From the NCBI GenBank assembly GCA_949451605.1, contig CASTSB010000002.1, positions 46,654-110,653 of the forward strand: a stretch of 64,000 nt of DNA, written 5' to 3'. The notes under the pieces are model-generated. The model searched no databases. It saw only the letters and a list, made by a program, of their open reading frames with translations, and was not told where the DNA came from. The translations under genes and the position numbers were made by a program. The DNA is from an uncultured Bacilli bacterium (GTDB taxonomy: Bacteria > Bacillota_I > Bacilli_A > RF39 > UBA660). Positions 60,426-64,000 of the stretch are shown here, one piece after another. The first letter of the stretch is position 1; each line of letters starts with the position of its first letter.

Positions 60426-60924
60426 AAAGAAAAATCTCTTTATCCTTTTATCTACCACTAAATCTGCCCGATAAATACTTATCTTTTTGCGAAATTTTAA
60501 GACTATACCTTTTGAAACCTTTTTGATTTTGTTCTTCGTAATATCTTTTTCTTCTTCAGACTTTTATTTCTTTTTTAGTAGTTGTAAAATTTATCTTTGT
60601 CTATTTGGTTAACATCCTCTCTATCTTTTTTTATTTAGTTTCAACTATTTTGAACCTAATCTTCTAATCGCCTAATTCTCAATCTATTTAAATATAGGCT
60701 TATCATATCATTTATATAGATAGAAAAAACAATCTAAACATATTTTGTAAAATATTAAATTTTGTATAAGACAGAAATAAAAGATAATAATAAAACAGAG
60801 AAAGATAAGTTTAGCTTAATTACTAATAAGTATTATTGTTTTATATAACAAGAAATGATAAAATATAGTATCGAAATAAAATCATTTTTAATTAACAAAT
60901 TGAAAACAGAAAGTAGGAGATATT

Positions 60925-62880
60925 TTGTTTAAAATAGTTTCAAAATATAAGCCAAGTGGAGATCAACCTAAGGCAATCAAAGAACTTGTAGATGGTATTA
61001 ATTCAGGAAAAAAGGAACAAGTACTACTTGGTGCTACAGGTACTGGAAAAACCTTTACTATGGCTAATGTAATAGCGACTGTTAATAAGCCAACACTTAT
61101 ACTTGCACATAATAAAACTCTTGCAGGACAATTATATTCTGAATTAAAAGAAATATTTCCAGAAAATAGAGTAGAATATTTTGTCTCATATTACGATTAT
61201 TATCAACCAGAAGCTTATGTACCATCAACTGATACTTATATTGAAAAAGACTCATCTATAAATGATGAAATAGATGAATTGCGTCATGCTGCAACAAGTG
61301 CGCTACTTAGTAGAGATGATGTAATAGTAGTATCAAGTGTATCTTGTATTTATGGTATAGGAGAAGTAGAAGAATATAAAAATAAAATGTTAACTCTTTC
61401 TGTTGGAGATACAATAGATAGAAATGAGATGTTAGTTAAGTTAGTTGAAATGCTTTATGAACGCAATGACTTTGATTTTAAACGTGGTACTTTTAGAGTT
61501 AGAGGAGATGTTGTAGAAATTATACCTGCTAACCAAAACACAATAGGTTATAGAATTGAATTCTTTGATAATGAAATTGATAGAATAAGTGAAGTTGATA
61601 CTTTAACTGGTGTAATTACTAATAATTTAAAAAATATTTCAATTTTTCCAGCAAGTCACTTCGTTGTTAGTGATGAAAAACTGCAAGCTGCTTTAGTTAG
61701 AATAAAAAACGAATTAGAAGAAAGATTAGCTGAGTTAAAAGATGAGAACAAATTAGTAGCAGCTGAAAGGTTAGAGCAAAGAACAAATTATGACTTAGAA
61801 ATGTTAGAAGAAACTGGTTTCTGCTCTGGTATTGAAAATTATTCTGCACCTATGGCTGGAAGAAAAACAGGCGAAACGCCAGTAACGCTAATGGATTTCT
61901 TTCCAAAAGATTACTTACTTTTTGTTGATGAATCACATGTTACTTTACCACAAGTAAGAGGTATGTATAATGGAGATAGAGCAAGAAAGATGAATCTTGT
62001 TGAGTATGGTTTTAGGCTTCCAAGTGCACTAGATAATAGACCTTTGAAATATGATGAGTTTGAAAAGAAGATTAATCAAGCTATTTATGTTTCAGCTACT
62101 CCTGGAGACTTAGAGTTAGAACACACTAACAATACTTATGTTGAACAAATAATTCGTCCAACAGGATTGCTAGATCCAACTATAGAAGTAAGAAAAACAG
62201 AAGGACAAATTGATGATTTAGTAGGCGAAATTAAAGAAAGAATGGCTAAAAATGAAAGGGTCCTTATTACAACTTTAACAATAAGAATGGCTGAAGAATT
62301 AACTAATTATTTAAAAGAACTGGATATAAAAGTAGCTTATCTTCACTCTGAAGTAAAAACATTAGAGCGAATGGAAATAATACATGATGTTCGTGCTGGA
62401 AAGTATGATGTTTTAGTAGGAATAAACTTATTAAGAGAAGGTTTAGATATTCCTGAAGTATCTTTAATAGCAATTTTAGATGCTGATAAAGAAGGATTTT
62501 TAAGAAGCAATAGAAGTTTAATTCAAACTATAGGAAGATGTGCCAGAAATGCAAATGGACATGTTATAATGTACGGAGATAAAATAACCGATTCCATGAA
62601 AAATGCAATAGAAGAAACAGCAAGAAGAAGAAGCATTCAAGAAAAATATAATGAAGAACATGGCATTATTCCTGAAACTATTAAGAAAGATATAAGAGAA
62701 GTTATTAGTAATAAAGATGAAAATAGAAAAACTAAAAAACCAAAACAAATAAGTAAAAAAGAAAAAGAACAAATAATAGAATCTATAGAGCAAGAAATGA
62801 GAGAAGCAGCTAAATCTCTTAATTTTGAAAGAGCAATGGAATTACGTGATATACTTTTTGAAATGAAAACAGGTAATTAG
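60925..62880 (+). CDS. uvrB: excinuclease ABC subunit B
   Basis: 651 aa. Walker [11 protein letters not shown], beta-hairpin, helicase motifs, C-terminal UVR domain ([10 protein letters not shown]). TTG start after RBS AGGAG. Confidence 0.95.
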   Translation: MFKIVSKYKPSGDQPKAIKELVDGINSGKKEQVLLGATGTGKTFTMANVIATVNKPTLILAHNKTLAGQLYSELKEIFPENRVEYFVSYYDYYQPEAYVPSTDTYIEKDSSINDEIDELRHAATSALLSRDDVIVVSSVSCIYGIGEVEEYKNKMLTLSVGDTIDRNEMLVKLVEMLYERNDFDFKRGTFRVRGDVVEIIPANQNTIGYRIEFFDNEIDRISEVDTLTGVITNNLKNISIFPASHFVVSDEKLQAALVRIKNELEERLAELKDENKLVAAERLEQRTNYDLEMLEETGFCSGIENYSAPMAGRKTGETPVTLMDFFPKDYLLFVDESHVTLPQVRGMYNGDRARKMNLVEYGFRLPSALDNRPLKYDEFEKKINQAIYVSATPGDLELEHTNNTYVEQIIRPTGLLDPTIEVRKTEGQIDDLVGEIKERMAKNERVLITTLTIRMAEELTNYLKELDIKVAYLHSEVKTLERMEIIHDVRAGKYDVLVGINLLREGLDIPEVSLIAILDADKEGFLRSNRSLIQTIGRCARNANGHVIMYGDKITDSMKNAIEETARRRSIQEKYNEEHGIIPETIKKDIREVISNKDENRKTKKPKQISKKEKEQIIESIEQEMREAAKSLNFERAMELRDILFEMKTGN

Positions 62881-62889
62881 GAGGAAAAA

Positions 62890-63609
62890 ATGAAGTTAAA
62901 TATATTTACATCTACTATAAAAGATGGAATCATGTCTAATAATAAAAAATATTTTCCAAATTTATCAAAAGAAGAAGTTAAAATTATATATAATTTAAAT
63001 GTTAAAAGATTTCTTGAAAAATATAATTTAAGAATAGAAGATATGATTAAATTAAATGATAAAGGAAATAAAGTTACATCAAGAGTTGTCACTGACAACA
63101 ATAAAATATATAAAGATAAAATATTACTATTAAAAGAAAATACAACTAATATTCCTATTATTGTAGAAACAGACGATGATCCAGTAATAGTTGCCACTGC
63201 TAAAAATGAAAAAAATGAGACTATAGCAGCCATATCAAAAGCTTCAATAGAAAATTTAAGTAATAATCTTATTCATGAAATGACTGAAATATTAATGAAA
63301 GAAACAGATGCTGCAACTTTTGAAATGACTTTTTATATTGGACCATGTCCATCTAAAGAAAACTATCTTATACAAGATAAATCAAAAGTAAATACTAAAT
63401 TTTTTGAAAAAGCTTTAGAAGAAAAAAATAAGAAATTATATTTAGATTTGAGATACGCAATTTTTAACGAATTATATTTAGAAATAGTAGATCCAAATAA
63501 TATTTATTTTGATTCCACTGATACAGTTTCTTCTCCTAAATATTTTTCAGAAATAGGAAATAAACCAGGTAAGCATCTTACATGTATAGTATTTAAAGAA
63601 GAAAATTAA
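62890..63609 (+). CDS. hypothetical protein, possibly degenerate PgeF/YfiH-like fold
   Basis: 239 aa. DDDPVIVATAK...IAAIS and C-terminal YFSEIGNKPGKHLTCIV loosely parallel the DUF152 core and tail but lack the catalytic His/Cys. Weak support. Confidence 0.25.
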   Translation: MKLNIFTSTIKDGIMSNNKKYFPNLSKEEVKIIYNLNVKRFLEKYNLRIEDMIKLNDKGNKVTSRVVTDNNKIYKDKILLLKENTTNIPIIVETDDDPVIVATAKNEKNETIAAISKASIENLSNNLIHEMTEILMKETDAATFEMTFYIGPCPSKENYLIQDKSKVNTKFFEKALEEKNKKLYLDLRYAIFNELYLEIVDPNNIYFDSTDTVSSPKYFSEIGNKPGKHLTCIVFKEEN

Positions 63610-63621
63610 AGGAATAATTAC

Positions 63622-64000
63622 ATGAAAAAGTTTAAAAAAATATATATAGAGATAACTAATATATGTAATTTGAGTTGTAGCTTCTGTTCGAAATCAACAA
63701 AACAAAGCGAATCTATGAGTATTAACAAATTTGAAGAAGTAATAGAAAAAATAAAAAACTATACTGATACTATATATTTACACGTCAAAGGAGAACCACT
63801 TCTCCACCCAAAATTGAAAGAAATTTTTAATATATGTGATGCAAATAATATTAGAGTTAACCTAACAACAAATGGCATTTTATTAAAAAACAAAGTTGAT
63901 GAATTAACAGCCAATAATTGTTTAAAAACTATAAACATATCTCTTCATTGTGAAAATAATAAAGAAAACTACTTTGAAGATATTTTCTACACTGTAGATA
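63622..64000 (+). CDS. radical SAM domain protein (partial, runs off window end)
   Basis: IEITNICNLSCSFCS carries the CxxxCxxC radical SAM cluster motif and the ORF is still open at the window end. Not in the ORF track because it is truncated. Confidence 0.5.
   Translation, partial: MKKFKKIYIEITNICNLSCSFCSKSTKQSESMSINKFEEVIEKIKNYTDTIYLHVKGEPLLHPKLKEIFNICDANNIRVNLTTNGILLKNKVDELTANNCLKTINISLHCENNKENYFEDIFYTVD

Noticed and set aside
1-64000. Possibility that TGA encodes Trp (code 4, Mollicute-like), given the extreme AT richness and the in-frame TGA at 38793
   Set aside because: Housekeeping genes (dnaA, secA, uvrB, mnmG and others) are full length with TGG for Trp, and several genes end on TGA, so the standard code applies.
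1-64000. CRISPR arrays, rRNA/tRNA genes, IS elements, integrase or transposase genes
   Set aside because: No regularly spaced direct repeats, no GC-rich structured RNA-like islands of tRNA or rRNA size, and no ORF resembling a recombinase or transposase were seen.

Overview
This window is the replication-origin region of a very AT-rich, low-GC Firmicute (about 27-28% GC by eye) that uses the standard genetic code (TGA is a stop codon).

The coding content is almost entirely conserved housekeeping genes. dnaN and dnaA run leftward on the minus strand. Rightward on the plus strand come rpmH-rnpA-yidC-jag-mnmE-mnmG-rsmG-noc-soj-spo0J, then rpsF-ssb-rpsR, a DHH protein, rplI and dnaB. Further right are rlmH, ung, pta, a class A PBP, argS, rpoE(delta), prfA-prmC-spoIIR, fba, murA, rpmE, rpiB, mreB, hpf, secA, prfB with its programmed +1 frameshift, ftsEX followed by an M23 peptidase, tsaC and uvrB. 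The synteny is Bacilli/Erysipelotrichia-like and the organism has sporulation genes.

DnaA-box clusters flank dnaA on both sides. I saw no rRNA, tRNA, CRISPR array or obvious mobile element.

The most unusual feature is a roughly 5.7-kb insertion that breaks the otherwise near-universal secA-prfB adjacency. It carries:
- a three-gene operon of small unknown proteins;
- a tightly coupled four-gene operon preceded by a perfect Firmicute LexA (Cheo) box. That operon encodes a radical-SAM/HhH putative DNA-repair protein, its DUF4130-type partner, a highly divergent orphan GroEL/Cpn60 paralog with no GroES, and an unknown 282-aa protein.

Other oddities:
- a TasA/camelysin-like secreted-protein gene whose signal peptide is split by an in-frame TGA;
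- a GdpP homolog reduced to its DHH/DHHA1 core;
- a Noc-like ParB with a long low-complexity tail;
- a 500-bp strand-asymmetric non-coding tract upstream of uvrB.

Coordinates are from my own counting and may be off by 1 nt in a few places, notably around prfB.
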